Virus record (IMG/VR): IMGVR_UViG_3300045988_093513
Coordinates: 1 to 64,000 of that record
Direction: 5' to 3' (one strand)
Source: a virus
Length of the DNA stretch: 64,000 nucleotides
The position numbers and the translations under genes were made by a program. The notes below the pieces were generated by a model, which had not been told where the DNA came from, did no database searches, and saw nothing but the letters and a program-made list of their open reading frames with translations. Of this stretch, positions 30,801-40,321 are shown in pieces; position 1 is the stretch's first letter, and each line of letters opens with the position of its first letter.

Positions 30801-33800
30801 TTTCTTGGCGAAGAATTCTGTAACGTTACCTTTAACTAAGTTAGGTTCTACTTTTTCTTTTCCGAGAGCTGCGTTTGCTGCGCTCTCTTCACGGACGGAA
30901 GTAATTACCCAGTTATCTGCCCGACAAAATTCTTTGAGTTTAGCGAGTCTATCCTCTTCTTTGTTAGCTCCTTTATATTCTTTATACTGTTTGTCCGTTA
31001 ACAGGTACTTATTTCCTTTGTAGGATACGACACGTTCTTCGCTTCTCTCTGCTGCGAACTTTCCTTTGTTTGTTCCGTATGCGTAGTTGTATACTACTTT
31101 ACTAAGCTTTACATCTCGATGGCCAGGGGCTGCCTTATTTGGGTCTACCTTATGTTCTCTCTTCATCTTATCGGCGATACTTTCAATCTTAGCTTCGAGT
31201 GCTTTCGATAACAGTATCGCATCTACTTTTGTGACACCGTGTTGCACAGCAAACCCTAACTTCAGAGCTACACTACTATCCGTCGGATAGAAATGCCCAG
31301 CACCCATCATGCCAGCAGAGAGTACACCACGCTTTGCCTTATTAATAGCGTTCTTCCACCTATTAATAAAGTTGTCTTTTGTTTTGTTGTATTTATCCTC
31401 GGTCTTAACTTTTTCTATATACCCTTTGCTACACTCTTCCCACAGGTCTTCAATCCACTTATCTGTAAATTTATTCAACCCGCTGATTGTGTCTTCGTCG
31501 TATCCGAGCACTTTCATAATCTGTTTATATTTTTCTACGGTTACCTGTCTACGTTTCCCGTTTTCTGTTACGATAAGAGACATATCGCTGATATTAATAT
31601 CGTCAATGCTGGACTTGTTATCGGCTATATACTTACCAACAAACTTACTTTCTTCAAATTCGCTTTCTGGCATCATCATTGCCGTGGTTTTAGTGTTAAG
31701 CCACGGGAATTTAGTGGTACGTCTATTTACAAGTTTATTAACTTCCTGACCATCGACATGCATCTTGCTGATAATGTTATGGCTATAACTTAAGCCAAAT
31801 AGTTTTCTACCTCTTTGGTCTTTTTGAACGTCTTCGCAGATTTGTTTAAGCCCTTGTTCAAAGTTTCTCATGCTAACATACCAATGGTCTCTATCAAGAC
31901 CTTTAGTTTCAGCGGTAGGGAATAAGCCGTTAATTTTTTTGATTAAATCAATAGCGTATTCTCGAACATTGTCTGCGTCAGAACTATCTTTATGTTGTGC
32001 AAATTCAGATTCACCAATGTCGCCATAGTTATCTCTTACTGTTCTTACGATAAATGCAATCATAAGATTTGCTTTTTCAGTAGAAGACAGGAATGCGCCA
32101 TCCTGGTTCTGCCGCTTCAACATATTTTTATAAAGCCCCGTATCCAGTTCATTACATAACTGAATCTCGAATGATGTAATGGCAAGATAACGAGCTGCTT
32201 GGGCTGCTACCGCATAATCAAAACTTCTTTCGAGTGTAAGGTTGTTGTTGTCTATATAGTCGTGGTGAATTGATGTTACTGCATTTTTTTCGTTCTCCAC
32301 GCCATCGCCAGTTTTATCTTGACTCTTATCTCCGATATCGTCATCGTCTTCGCTATGCTGTTCTTTACTGCCTTTGGTTTTCTTCTGCCTATTCGTTTTA
32401 GCCTCTTGCTTTTTCACGTCTTCGTTATCTACCTGCATATATTTATCCTTAGCTGCTTCAGCTAAGGCAATAGCTTCTGCTATTATATTGGCTTTTGAAA
32501 CCGCAACAGCTCTACCATTCTTAGTTAAGAGTTCATTTCCGGCGACATTGTTTATAAATGCATCTCGTGTGAGACCAATATAATCGGAAAGTTCAATATC
32601 TGGTTGCGATACCTTATCGCTTTTTTTAGAATTACCATACGCTGCTCGCAGAATAAATGTCTTGCCATATTCGTTTGCCTTCAGCTCAACATCTTTCGGT
32701 ACTTTACTTAATGATTCTACGATATCTTCTTTAATATTACCAAGCTTCTGCATCATTCGATATGCGTTCCAAGCTTCCTCGCCCTTATCTGTATTCACTA
32801 CAGAAAGGAAAGCATCCGAGAAGGCGTAAATAAACTCACGAGTGTAGTCTTCAAAGTCTTTATCAGTACCAGTTTTCTTAAAATTATTCAGTAATTCTCT
32901 CAGGTGTTCTGCGTATGGCCCACGAACCATTTCGTTATTAACTGCGGCGATAATTTCCATACGACCAGTGGATTTAATGCCTTGTTGTGGCTGAGCATAT
33001 TGCTCTAATAACCATGGAAGTGCATCTGCAAACTTTTCCATTCCGTATTCGTGGAGTTCTTTCGGCATACTATATGAAGACATGTCCTGAACCAACCGGT
33101 ACGCTGTCTGCTTGTCCTCATCCGCACCAACAAACAGGTCGCCAGTTACGGAGTAAAGCTGTCTAGGTGTAAGCTTTGCCAGAATAATACTATTTCCACC
33201 ACGGTCTACTATGTATTGCTGATATTTGCTATTCAAAACGTACCAGAACCATGTGTTTAAGCTAGCGACACCCTTAGAATTCTCAGGGTCTTGCTCCATC
33301 TTAACACGTACTCCATCATACGTTGCGATAGCTGTATGAATAGCGCCAGGTAAGATATCGAGCAGGTCTGCGTAGGCACTTCTAAAGTCGGTCGGGTTGT
33401 CAAAATCAACAACACCATTACGGTTTGCACCGTTAGCTACCGTCATTTTATCACGAAGCAGGTTGATACCATAAGACGCAAGAGCACCAAAGGCAGCCAT
33501 GTATTGCATCTTGGCATGGAACTCTTCTTCTTTACTCTTAAATTTATGAGCTCCACCAAGAAAACTAATATACTGTTTCGCCTCTGGTAATATGGTCACT
33601 AGATTAGCGAAAGACATCCTGTTGATAGTACCGTAGTGTTTACCAACAACGTCTTTTAATTCTTTATATAACTTCCCTTTACGATACTCATTGTAGCGTT
33701 GACTTGCTTTAACGTCTACGGAGTCCTGAACAACTCCTGTCTGCACAAACTTTAACGTGGGCAGGTCTTTATCTTTTGGTAACTCCTGTGCATTATTCGC

Positions 33801-36800
33801 TTCACCGTTACGGCTAGCAATAATGTCGTTTATTCTATTGAAAGTGGCGTTCAGACTATCGAGTTCGTCCAAGAGGTCGTCTTCGCTAATATCATCTTCG
33901 TCCATAAGGTCGTCTTCGATATGAGTTTCATCCTCACTACCTTTGTCTGGTGTACCACCATCTTCTTTGAACAGCGGGCTATCTTCTTCCTGTAATTTAT
34001 GTGCTATTTTTTTCTTGTCAGTTTGTTTTGTACTGGTTTCGGAACTTTCGGTTTCGCTGCTCGTGCCATTGTTGTCGAACCGCCCCTGTTGATGTGTGTT
34101 CCTCCCAGCTTCTGTCCTGGTTTCTGTTTTGCTGTCCGTACTACCTTTGGCATTCTTGGGTGGCTGAGTGTTTTCATTTTTCCCTCCTGTTGAAATCTTT
34201 GTAATCGAATCGTTAGATTGCACTGGCTGTTGCTGTGTATTGCCAGTTGTATCTTTCGGTGTATTAGTATTGTCCTGCTTCTTAGGGGTGACAGCGACAT
34301 TGTTATTGTTTTTGTTGGTAGCACTATTTGTATTGTCTTTTGCGTTTACACCAATGACGCTATTATAAACATCATCTGGAATGCTCTTTAGAATAGTAAC
34401 GGCTGCTGGTTTTGCGGCGTCATCATCGGCTCTTCTGAAAACTTCCAAGGCAGGTTTTGGAATATTGAGAGCATTTCTCTTATCAAGCTTGTCGATAATG
34501 TTCCGTGCTCTATCTAATCCGTTTGGTGTGTTAATATTTGCGATAACATTAACCCTTGAATTTCTATCGTTATTTACACTGTCTTCTACTGGATTGGTAG
34601 TTTTACCTACGTTCTCCGGCTCTTTCATTTCCGCCGTTAAATAACGCTGATTTGCAGCATTTTGAACGTTTTGCACTTGCGGCTGTACTACCTGCTGTGC
34701 CACCTGTGGTCTTGCCAGACCACCAAGTGGAGACGTGTTAAGTCTATCAGTGTGTACTGGTGCTTGTGTCTGTTCTACTCTCTGCTGTGTAACTGCTTCT
34801 TGTTTTGTCATGATAGGCTTCTGTACTACTGGGGTCTGCTGTTCTGTCTGTACTTTCTGTGCTGCCTGTTCCTGCGGCTTCTGTAATTTCTGCTGAGTTT
34901 CTTCTACAACCGGTTGTTCTACCAGTTCTTCCACCGGTACATCAGTAACATCTACAACAGGCTGCTGTTCCTGTGTTCTTTCCTGTCTATTCTTCGCTTC
35001 CATATAAGCGTTAGGGTCAACGGCTCTAAGTACATCTCTGATAGCATTAGTATCATCATTGTTCGCTCTATCAAGAAGTTGCTGATTAACTTTCAAGAAT
35101 CTGCTCTTGGTTTTATCAGCCAATTCTTCTGCCTTACCGTTCGGGGCAAGAGAGCGAATAATTTCCTGTGCTCTCTGGATAGCTTCTGTATCAGCGTCTT
35201 TCTTTCCAACACTTTTAATAACATTTTTAATATCATTCTTTACTGCGTCTAATTCCTGTTTTGCCTGTTCAGCCTGAGCTTTCTTTTCGTTATTACGTTC
35301 TCTTACGGCATTTACTACGTTCTTTCTATCAAGGTTAGACAGAATATAGTAAGCGGCGTTAGTGTCACCGTTTACTGCTTTATTTAACAATTCAGGAGAA
35401 AGCTTTGCATTCCCATCTGGAATATTTTCATTGATTGCATTAATGTCTGCATTGTTATATGCTCTAGTGAGAATATCTGGCAGGTCTGCCATTTTAGCTC
35501 TAGTATCATCAACGAACTGAGACATTGCATCGTTATGTTCAATAGGCTGCGGCTCTTTTTCTACTGGAGTTGTAATTGCATTTTGCAGTACAGGTGCTTC
35601 CTGTGTGACGGTACTTGGCATAACTGGCGCTGTATTACCCTGCTGTGGCATTACAGTATCACCAGTCAGAGACATAGTATTGTCATCAACTACGTTCGGC
35701 ATAAGAGGCTGTTCTACTGGTACTTCGTGTCCAATATAGTCGGACAGGTCTGTACTATCTGCCATAGCATTAGCAATACCAGTTGTCTGCATTAGGTTGT
35801 TATAGTCGTTCTTAGCTTCGGCTGTCGGGCCAAGAGAATCAATATTGTTATACAGGTAACGTCCTGCATTACGCACACCGGCTACACCTACACCAGAGAC
35901 AAGTGTTGGCAAAAATGCGGAGTTGAACGAGTTGATTTCATCGTCAGTAAAGTTGCCTCGGTTGCCATTAGCAATATCACGGAAGAAACTGCCAGCGTCA
36001 GCACGGTCATCGTCAAACTTATTAGACATTGCGTCCTGTACACGCTGCTGCCATGCTTCCTGAAAGCCTTCGCCAAACGCATTCGTCAGTCTGTTGCCGA
36101 TAAAGTCGATTGGTTTACTAGCTGTTGACAATCCATACGCAGCTCGCCCAAGCATAGTATCAGCACGTGCAGTGTCGCCTAAAAGTGCGCTAGCTACTTT
36201 ACCGCCATTAGAAGCTAATGCATCGGCAATACCAGCCTTCGCAAGACCTTTTCCGGCAAGAGAGAATAAACCACCAGTAGCACCAGTAGCTACATCAATC
36301 GCAGTGTCCATGAAAGAAGAACCAATAAGTTCTGCATTCTTATATGGGTCACCTGTAAAGCTATCCCATGCCGACTGGTCAATAGTACCATCGTATACGG
36401 TGCCAATAGGTCTCTGACCAGCTGCAATCTGTGCTTCCATGTTGTCTCTCTTGGCGTCCATATAGTTTTGACCGAAGTTAGCACCAATTTCAAGACCAGC
36501 GCTACCTAAGATACCAAGAGCAGGAAGAGCCATTCCACCGCCAGCTGCTAATGCTGCACCTGCTAACATACCCGGTGCAGAAGAACCAAGCATAGTACCA
36601 GCGTCACTGGAAAGACCATGCGGGTCAATAAGGTATCCGAGAGACCAACGAGACTTGTCTGGGTTATTATCATAGTCATTAGCCCAGTCAGAGTATCTTG
36701 CCGCCTGTCTTGTAAGGTCGCCACCAACACCAGCTAACCATGGGCTATCTGCTACTACCCCAGCAGCAGTTAAAGCTCCGCCAAGCGTAGACTCGGCAGA

Positions 36801-36962
36801 GCTTGTAAAACTGTCCCAAAAACTTCCAATGGCCCCTTGGTCTAGGTCACGTTCAGACGGAACCCAACCAAGAGCCAGCTTATCTTGGTATTGTCTGTCT
36901 GCCTGGTCTAACGCAGCAGCGAGCTGTGCCCCTGGCTGATAGTTATTAAACCTTACTGCCAT
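24858..36962 (-). CDS. Giant virion-associated protein (4034 aa) with a zincin HExxH motif, a long disordered linker and C-terminal hydrophobic segments. Polyvalent/ejection-protein-like.
   Basis: A single uninterrupted 12.1-kb ORF. VYHELMHAF at about 29310-29333. Gly-rich N-terminal region. About 300 aa of acidic/polar low complexity. C-terminal TM-like helices (FLGTMMLFSGVISGIPMMTMISGM). Confidence 0.65.
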   Translation of the reverse strand: MAVRFNNYQPGAQLAAALDQADRQYQDKLALGWVPSERDLDQGAIGSFWDSFTSSAESTLGGALTAAGVVADSPWLAGVGGDLTRQAARYSDWANDYDNNPDKSRWSLGYLIDPHGLSSDAGTMLGSSAPGMLAGAALAAGGGMALPALGILGSAGLEIGANFGQNYMDAKRDNMEAQIAAGQRPIGTVYDGTIDQSAWDSFTGDPYKNAELIGSSFMDTAIDVATGATGGLFSLAGKGLAKAGIADALASNGGKVASALLGDTARADTMLGRAAYGLSTASKPIDFIGNRLTNAFGEGFQEAWQQRVQDAMSNKFDDDRADAGSFFRDIANGNRGNFTDDEINSFNSAFLPTLVSGVGVAGVRNAGRYLYNNIDSLGPTAEAKNDYNNLMQTTGIANAMADSTDLSDYIGHEVPVEQPLMPNVVDDNTMSLTGDTVMPQQGNTAPVMPSTVTQEAPVLQNAITTPVEKEPQPIEHNDAMSQFVDDTRAKMADLPDILTRAYNNADINAINENIPDGNAKLSPELLNKAVNGDTNAAYYILSNLDRKNVVNAVRERNNEKKAQAEQAKQELDAVKNDIKNVIKSVGKKDADTEAIQRAQEIIRSLAPNGKAEELADKTKSRFLKVNQQLLDRANNDDTNAIRDVLRAVDPNAYMEAKNRQERTQEQQPVVDVTDVPVEELVEQPVVEETQQKLQKPQEQAAQKVQTEQQTPVVQKPIMTKQEAVTQQRVEQTQAPVHTDRLNTSPLGGLARPQVAQQVVQPQVQNVQNAANQRYLTAEMKEPENVGKTTNPVEDSVNNDRNSRVNVIANINTPNGLDRARNIIDKLDKRNALNIPKPALEVFRRADDDAAKPAAVTILKSIPDDVYNSVIGVNAKDNTNSATNKNNNNVAVTPKKQDNTNTPKDTTGNTQQQPVQSNDSITKISTGGKNENTQPPKNAKGSTDSKTETRTEAGRNTHQQGRFDNNGTSSETESSETSTKQTDKKKIAHKLQEEDSPLFKEDGGTPDKGSEDETHIEDDLMDEDDISEDDLLDELDSLNATFNRINDIIASRNGEANNAQELPKDKDLPTLKFVQTGVVQDSVDVKASQRYNEYRKGKLYKELKDVVGKHYGTINRMSFANLVTILPEAKQYISFLGGAHKFKSKEEEFHAKMQYMAAFGALASYGINLLRDKMTVANGANRNGVVDFDNPTDFRSAYADLLDILPGAIHTAIATYDGVRVKMEQDPENSKGVASLNTWFWYVLNSKYQQYIVDRGGNSIILAKLTPRQLYSVTGDLFVGADEDKQTAYRLVQDMSSYSMPKELHEYGMEKFADALPWLLEQYAQPQQGIKSTGRMEIIAAVNNEMVRGPYAEHLRELLNNFKKTGTDKDFEDYTREFIYAFSDAFLSVVNTDKGEEAWNAYRMMQKLGNIKEDIVESLSKVPKDVELKANEYGKTFILRAAYGNSKKSDKVSQPDIELSDYIGLTRDAFINNVAGNELLTKNGRAVAVSKANIIAEAIALAEAAKDKYMQVDNEDVKKQEAKTNRQKKTKGSKEQHSEDDDDIGDKSQDKTGDGVENEKNAVTSIHHDYIDNNNLTLERSFDYAVAAQAARYLAITSFEIQLCNELDTGLYKNMLKRQNQDGAFLSSTEKANLMIAFIVRTVRDNYGDIGESEFAQHKDSSDADNVREYAIDLIKKINGLFPTAETKGLDRDHWYVSMRNFEQGLKQICEDVQKDQRGRKLFGLSYSHNIISKMHVDGQEVNKLVNRRTTKFPWLNTKTTAMMMPESEFEESKFVGKYIADNKSSIDDINISDMSLIVTENGKRRQVTVEKYKQIMKVLGYDEDTISGLNKFTDKWIEDLWEECSKGYIEKVKTEDKYNKTKDNFINRWKNAINKAKRGVLSAGMMGAGHFYPTDSSVALKLGFAVQHGVTKVDAILLSKALEAKIESIADKMKREHKVDPNKAAPGHRDVKLSKVVYNYAYGTNKGKFAAERSEERVVSYKGNKYLLTDKQYKEYKGANKEEDRLAKLKEFCRADNWVITSVREESAANAALGKEKVEPNLVKGNVTEFFAKKEGSKPGDTNYSTDHGVLQSSGTVVGAITTLLHDYFNIDESGISNNVIVKAVLAINNTLPKEALINNGLNGYIQKVAKEKNESEATVRERVMKQIKADVNRFVHLEQMEIAGRARNTSLIKKFGTSHNPQNKPIFSEGPNEFRDDVNAISLRVDKKDKRFVVVNKKPKFDYSDEETKESGYINSWAYTKLREAILGALNIMDYQDGYYVVKKLDITDSSPIKNIKGRVDIHDIDSTKWKAKNKLEPYENPIATLLQYMGSVDKSDLKEEYGKDIPYTIEDLMADPNYNYLMMAHNDSAMGSDGLITSLHTFSYELAQKDKLSYTDIANLCSLFTIASKRLKGLDSANKTVDILDKLLKSVTTRPELFNSNQSYSVKNVDLPNAIDIIYGKQLHELKPLTVDAIRDLSSELLGTPKEDVIRMSKENTAFLGANLKGHLDKNVNVQFAHTLFVNRASNTLGVAPYIASRLNKDSGYKESMGRIVADDHRSTVYHELMHAFTDEAVTIDVAKGKYRLALPSDANWKDEKFGGLAVDRNAQELPEDLKDDAEEAIGRALKKELEKSLKILNNNDSLLAGQILAITELVDVNKLVEDTAAMWTIANLIGYDGTKTGDARFVSKVGATTLGMFYKNVDASNYETLVMSMILPSIIFGAKTVNKEIPLFYSTKQLITETYSHLDTTPPNTTGDNERRNIAGSDSSAFMTTWLYKSAELLRELDVQDPKHEIRNKDKKRMREQLKKAAESISELTSNSNFGVLNFKTQTNQHATVKKKKEKKKVDVGTSKGVITNARDVSHDAGSPRGKFMQLLYAIANKRNKTFSQTSTSGLNHAKDIKLALIPGMRWLEELVNKEDADRLFDESQRSIAYQQELNAKSDAYVKQLQQLLTIDGNELQTKALRQYFNTEINVNSDRGRDLVELFDLPYEAGQDERCKNRSSSGKNAMLKVYDDDIFFVLHNQPDKATAMAKMNDKIEKMKEYYDKKKKKFYKNQAFWYREDTGTLVFYACKDERMQNGKFKNLFIAYPSNEDGTGVEGQARMRARLQKQVLRECEQFRRKLMKQRGYAQPVIDGFIASQALYRALLMNAYEREQKRALQNDDIINRVHTGFLHAYAPRYYARYILQKEVWHEITEEQANKNEKSKDEGFIVQRGDKYYHVITYSIGSFESKRDRSKYRNEHPIGQNERYVEKTRDEWLQEQGGGRTDIVGNVDTSIGTLTEKDVSRGKKEAETDISGRLAKFIRKKFNDSEEWQGDDSIERVVNALRNMDKEDEEEFGKYKPRLIQTARMIRVGKDKVQTFRQVSDALKANGAQYLAANYARERTSNSGLYSHDVIGSLKHYLHTVNSVEALTPFYRDMTQTIYKYTGRNYDRTRRDSYYSPYNIMCELVDNMNGRDKPADAFMRRLSVMVVDAIYAVPGMRNILNACGVYLPDMWLPALLHNSIAVNVYLKLGMFNVSTALAQYAQLANVYALGGESAFAYAMKKMPGILTKAHKPSDILKGEFDVSQYGKEIQQVMADLYLTKKGKSLLEQEGEKAFDEAIKRGDKTAIELQVFDEMLDTLNGKDGESVMNDMATQLGNAGSAYEGESIIDKMPKTGKKILDLSMSGFRGADLACRLFAALVAQNLIDTSPKYKAFRESKSEIGEEEYNAQRMATIRDFVYRTNFNFNRATDPLLLAKGGQLAKCVFQFASYGFQTFHFMYWMLKNKKSTELKRFLGTMMLFSGVISGIPMMTMISGMSQAITGTNPEDWIKAFILKAAGRRNDQFSRDIGEALCYGIAAPVFGVDISKKVGLSDIMKDPTDLRNLGGPSLGTAIDFSSAAGASFDAIMYDKYTTDQLMFAWLKAVPAASRWLQAARGQYYSYSKLMPKTEYQSMSDVDRAKNIMGFNPIENKLNTDLNRFVTDINQDYSNSAKDVMIAYVNNPTEANLRKLQSYGKTPEQAHKAVDKYIKPKVTAEQAEKMVTKSDNEEADIVRSNVRALGNLLN

Positions 36963-36979
36963 GTAACCTCCTTCATATA

Positions 36980-38455
36980 TTAAAAGAATCTATTAACAAT
37001 TTGTCCTTGTGATACCATGTTTTCTGTCGCGTTCATAGAGTTCTGTACATCACCTAATGTCACGGGTTTTCCATCCGCAGTAGTGCCAACAATTGTGTTA
37101 GTGAACGTATCAAGCAGCCCTTGGTTTACATTGTTCTGTGCGTCTTGGTCTGCTGGGTTTGTACCAGCTGGATGTGACATCTCCTCAGACTGAGAAATAA
37201 TTGACGCGGCGATGTTATCAATCAGCTCATTAGCTGTACCTCTTCTACCAGTCTGTTCCATCATCATGCCATAGTCCGCTATCTTCTTTAATGCGGACTG
37301 TGTGGCGAGGTTACGAGCTTCGGTAGTAGAGCTTGGGTCCCAGATAATATTCTGAGCCTGTTTGAACTCTGGACTATTTACTAACTTATCAACATTGTTT
37401 TTGATACTATCCTCGTCTTCCACTACATACCCAAGAGGAGAACCGCTGCTGCCAGCAGAAGCAGTACCACCTTTTCCTTTACTATAAGAACCGCCATTAT
37501 TTTGTATGATTGCTAGCTTCGCTTTTGCCAATTCAAATTCTCTATCCTTATTTGCTTGTTCCTGTGCTGCTTTATACGCATTATTGTTAAGTGTCATCTG
37601 TTGTCCAATCATTGCACCAAGGTCTGCCAGCTTCTTACTATTCGGGTCAAACTGTACGCCAGTAAGAGCTGCACCAAGTTTAGCAAGAATGGCAATGTTA
37701 GCGGTGTTGTTACTCTTTGCAATTTGGTCAGCGAACTGCGCGGCCATTGTTTTTTGCATGTTCTTGTTATCGATGGTGGCACCAGTATGAGTAGTATCGG
37801 CAGACATCTTGTTAATCAAATCGAAGAAACGCTGGTTGCGATTGTGAGCGCCCATAGCTGCCGCTGTAATTTCTGGAGCCTGTCTACCTAAATAATCGTT
37901 GAGGATTCTACGCTCTGGGTTGATGGTCGGCTGGTTCACCATTTTGTTGATGAAATCCATTGGCAGTTGTTCATTCGGGTCGTTGAACTTACCGCCAGAT
38001 TTGATGTAAGCGCCAATCAGATTTGTCTGATAAGGAGAGCCATTACTAGAAATAGAGTTTGGATTTGCACCAAGCATATTCATTACATCCGACGTGTATT
38101 GGTCAATAGATGTTCCATTACCATCAGTGAAATCTCCATTACCAACGTTGCCTTCGCCACCAAGCCACGCTTGTACGGCCCCCTTGACACCATATTTGCC
38201 AATCAAATCTCCCATGTATGCTCGCGCTACTGCCTCTTGGTTTGATGGAGACCAGTCTGTACCATCAAGACCATGTTGTTCCGCAGCTCCTTCAAACGTA
38301 GATGGCATAAACTGGTACTTACCACGAGCACCAGAGTCAGCAATAACGTTATATGGGTCTTCTTCGCCGCCAGATTCTCTCTGGGCAATAGCTTGAAGCA
38401 CCGAATCAACAACGTTGTATTGCTGTCCTTCGTTAAAGAAATCTGTAGCTGCCAT
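36980..38455 (-). CDS. Lytic transglycosylase (SLT-domain) virion protein
   Basis: AQRESGG...GARGKYQFMPSTF motif (E-S...GLMQ-type) near the N-terminus. Gly/Asn-rich remainder. Confidence 0.6.
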   Translation of the reverse strand: MAATDFFNEGQQYNVVDSVLQAIAQRESGGEEDPYNVIADSGARGKYQFMPSTFEGAAEQHGLDGTDWSPSNQEAVARAYMGDLIGKYGVKGAVQAWLGGEGNVGNGDFTDGNGTSIDQYTSDVMNMLGANPNSISSNGSPYQTNLIGAYIKSGGKFNDPNEQLPMDFINKMVNQPTINPERRILNDYLGRQAPEITAAAMGAHNRNQRFFDLINKMSADTTHTGATIDNKNMQKTMAAQFADQIAKSNNTANIAILAKLGAALTGVQFDPNSKKLADLGAMIGQQMTLNNNAYKAAQEQANKDREFELAKAKLAIIQNNGGSYSKGKGGTASAGSSGSPLGYVVEDEDSIKNNVDKLVNSPEFKQAQNIIWDPSSTTEARNLATQSALKKIADYGMMMEQTGRRGTANELIDNIAASIISQSEEMSHPAGTNPADQDAQNNVNQGLLDTFTNTIVGTTADGKPVTLGDVQNSMNATENMVSQGQIVNRFF

Positions 38456-39570
38456 TAGAACAATCCTCCATACCCATTATTACGAGCGAAAGACCTAGTG
38501 TAATCACCGACACGATATCCCATAGGCTGCGTCAAGGAATAGTTCTGCCAGTTGTCCATCGGGTTCTGTACCATAGTCTGTGTATCCTGTGTCCCAGCCG
38601 CATCGTTTCCTTTCGTCGCATCATGGATACCCTGATACGCGCCGTACAACTGTCCAAGTCCCCCAAGCTGGCTGAGACCATAATTCTTAGCACCATTCAA
38701 AGCACCAGCCCAACCAGAGCCACCTGTAGCAAGACCTACGACAGCACCTTTAAGCATAGAACCAAGGAGCCCTGGCCCTTTATTAGCAGCTTCCATCCCT
38801 TTATTTACGGCGTCCTGCGTAGCTTTTTGCCCTTCCTCCTGAGACGCTTTACTCAGTGTACTGTCTCTAGTTGGAAGGCTGGTCTGGTCTACCTGTGTAG
38901 CACTCTGCATCAATTGACCTGCATCTGGTGTCGCGACATTGTTAGTAAGTGGCTGACCAGTAAACGGGTTAGTCATTGGGTAATCGCCAACAGTGGGGAA
39001 CAGTCCTGGAGCAGGGTCGCCAATAGTCGGTGTAGATGACGTGCTCTGGTTTGGATTCGGGTAAAATTTATTTGGATTATAACCCTCATACGGGTTTTCG
39101 TTATACTCCTTCAGCGTATGCTGCTGTGCATAGCCCATGTTAGCATGCTCACCGAACCTATCTTTCCAAGAGTTCGAGTTAGTCATAATATCTGCAAGTC
39201 TATTATTGTCAACGTTTGTAATACCATAGTCAGCAAGTAGCCCCATAACACGTGGGTCAGCCTTCAGTTTATCAACATCGTATGTACCATCATCGTTACG
39301 GTACTGTCCAACACCATTGATAATGTCATTTGCCTGTTTAAGTCCAGCAGTAACATCGGTGTCGTAGCGAATCTTAGCGTCATCGCGGTTGTGTCTACCT
39401 TGCATGAATAAACCAATCAGTCCACTCTTTCCGTCGCCACCGTTGGCGGCATTAAGGGCATTAGCTACCTGCGTTAAGAAACCGTAGCCACTACCAGAGA
39501 GTAGTCTACCAAGCCCACCAAGCGGCCCGTGAGATACTTCCCAGTTATGAGTAACAGGAGCAACAATCAT
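38455..39570 (-). CDS. Gly/Asn/Gln-rich virion (internal/ejection?) protein
   Basis: ORF with strongly biased composition. Start overlaps the upstream gene's stop (ATGA). Confidence 0.4.
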   Translation of the reverse strand: MIVAPVTHNWEVSHGPLGGLGRLLSGSGYGFLTQVANALNAANGGDGKSGLIGLFMQGRHNRDDAKIRYDTDVTAGLKQANDIINGVGQYRNDDGTYDVDKLKADPRVMGLLADYGITNVDNNRLADIMTNSNSWKDRFGEHANMGYAQQHTLKEYNENPYEGYNPNKFYPNPNQSTSSTPTIGDPAPGLFPTVGDYPMTNPFTGQPLTNNVATPDAGQLMQSATQVDQTSLPTRDSTLSKASQEEGQKATQDAVNKGMEAANKGPGLLGSMLKGAVVGLATGGSGWAGALNGAKNYGLSQLGGLGQLYGAYQGIHDATKGNDAAGTQDTQTMVQNPMDNWQNYSLTQPMGYRVGDYTRSFARNNGYGGLF

Positions 39571-39586
39571 TTATATATCACCTCTC

Positions 39587-40321
39587 TTAGAATAACCCAG
39601 TTTTAGACCGAGTGTTTGTGTTAGTCGCAATATACGATGCGTTATTGTATACGTTACCAACGGAGTTAAGTGTGTTATTGCCAGAAGTATTCACGCCACT
39701 AGCAAGAGCGAGCCACTGTGCAGGTAAGTACATACTGTTCGCCTGAGTAGAGGAGTTAAGGTTGTACTTATCGTTAGCGTTCTGAACCTGCGAATTGATA
39801 AGGTTAAGGTTCTGACCAAGCGTATTGTTGGTAAGATTAGCAGCTTGATTAAGATTATTAGCGTAATCTTGTGCCATCTGGTTAGACAGGTTCTTCTGAA
39901 TCTGATTGTTGGCACTATTTAGTGCAGAAGAATTGATTACGCCACGACTAGCGAGATCATTAAGTCCCGCACCCATGCTGGTTTTGTACATGTTATTATA
40001 CACCGTCTGCATGTTCTGTAAATACTGTTGCGGTAATTGACCATTACTAATCTGGTCTAACTGGTTGGTGTATCTATTCAGTCCCTGAATCTGACTTGCC
40101 GCATTACCGAGAGCGGAAGACATGTCGTTGTGAGCCTTATTCCAATCTGGTTGATATACGTTACCAATAGAACCATTAGCTTTGTTGACCAGTTTGTCAA
40201 CAGCAGGTTGAATACTCTGCATATATCGGGTCTGCGCCGCGATAAGTTCTTTTTCTTCCTTCGATAATTCTCTTTGTTTTACTTCCTGAGAGGAAGAAGA
40301 GCTAGAGTGTCCACCACCCAT
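39587..40321 (-). CDS. Asn/Gln-rich hypothetical virion protein
   Basis: ORF with poly-Ser and N/Q-rich repeats. Confidence 0.4.
   Translation of the reverse strand: MGGGHSSSSSSQEVKQRELSKEEKELIAAQTRYMQSIQPAVDKLVNKANGSIGNVYQPDWNKAHNDMSSALGNAASQIQGLNRYTNQLDQISNGQLPQQYLQNMQTVYNNMYKTSMGAGLNDLASRGVINSSALNSANNQIQKNLSNQMAQDYANNLNQAANLTNNTLGQNLNLINSQVQNANDKYNLNSSTQANSMYLPAQWLALASGVNTSGNNTLNSVGNVYNNASYIATNTNTRSKTGLF

Noticed and set aside
25599-36493. Numerous 60-180-aa ORFs on the + strand inside the giant gene
   Set aside because: They are antisense to an uninterrupted 12-kb ORF and have low-complexity translations, so they are shadow ORFs.
24858-36962. Tape-measure protein or N4-like virion RNA polymerase identity for the 4034-aa ORF
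   Set aside because: The gene order (after the lysis cassette and LT protein, end of operon) does not fit a siphovirus tail module. I found no T7-like RNAP catalytic motifs. A tail of corresponding length is implausible.
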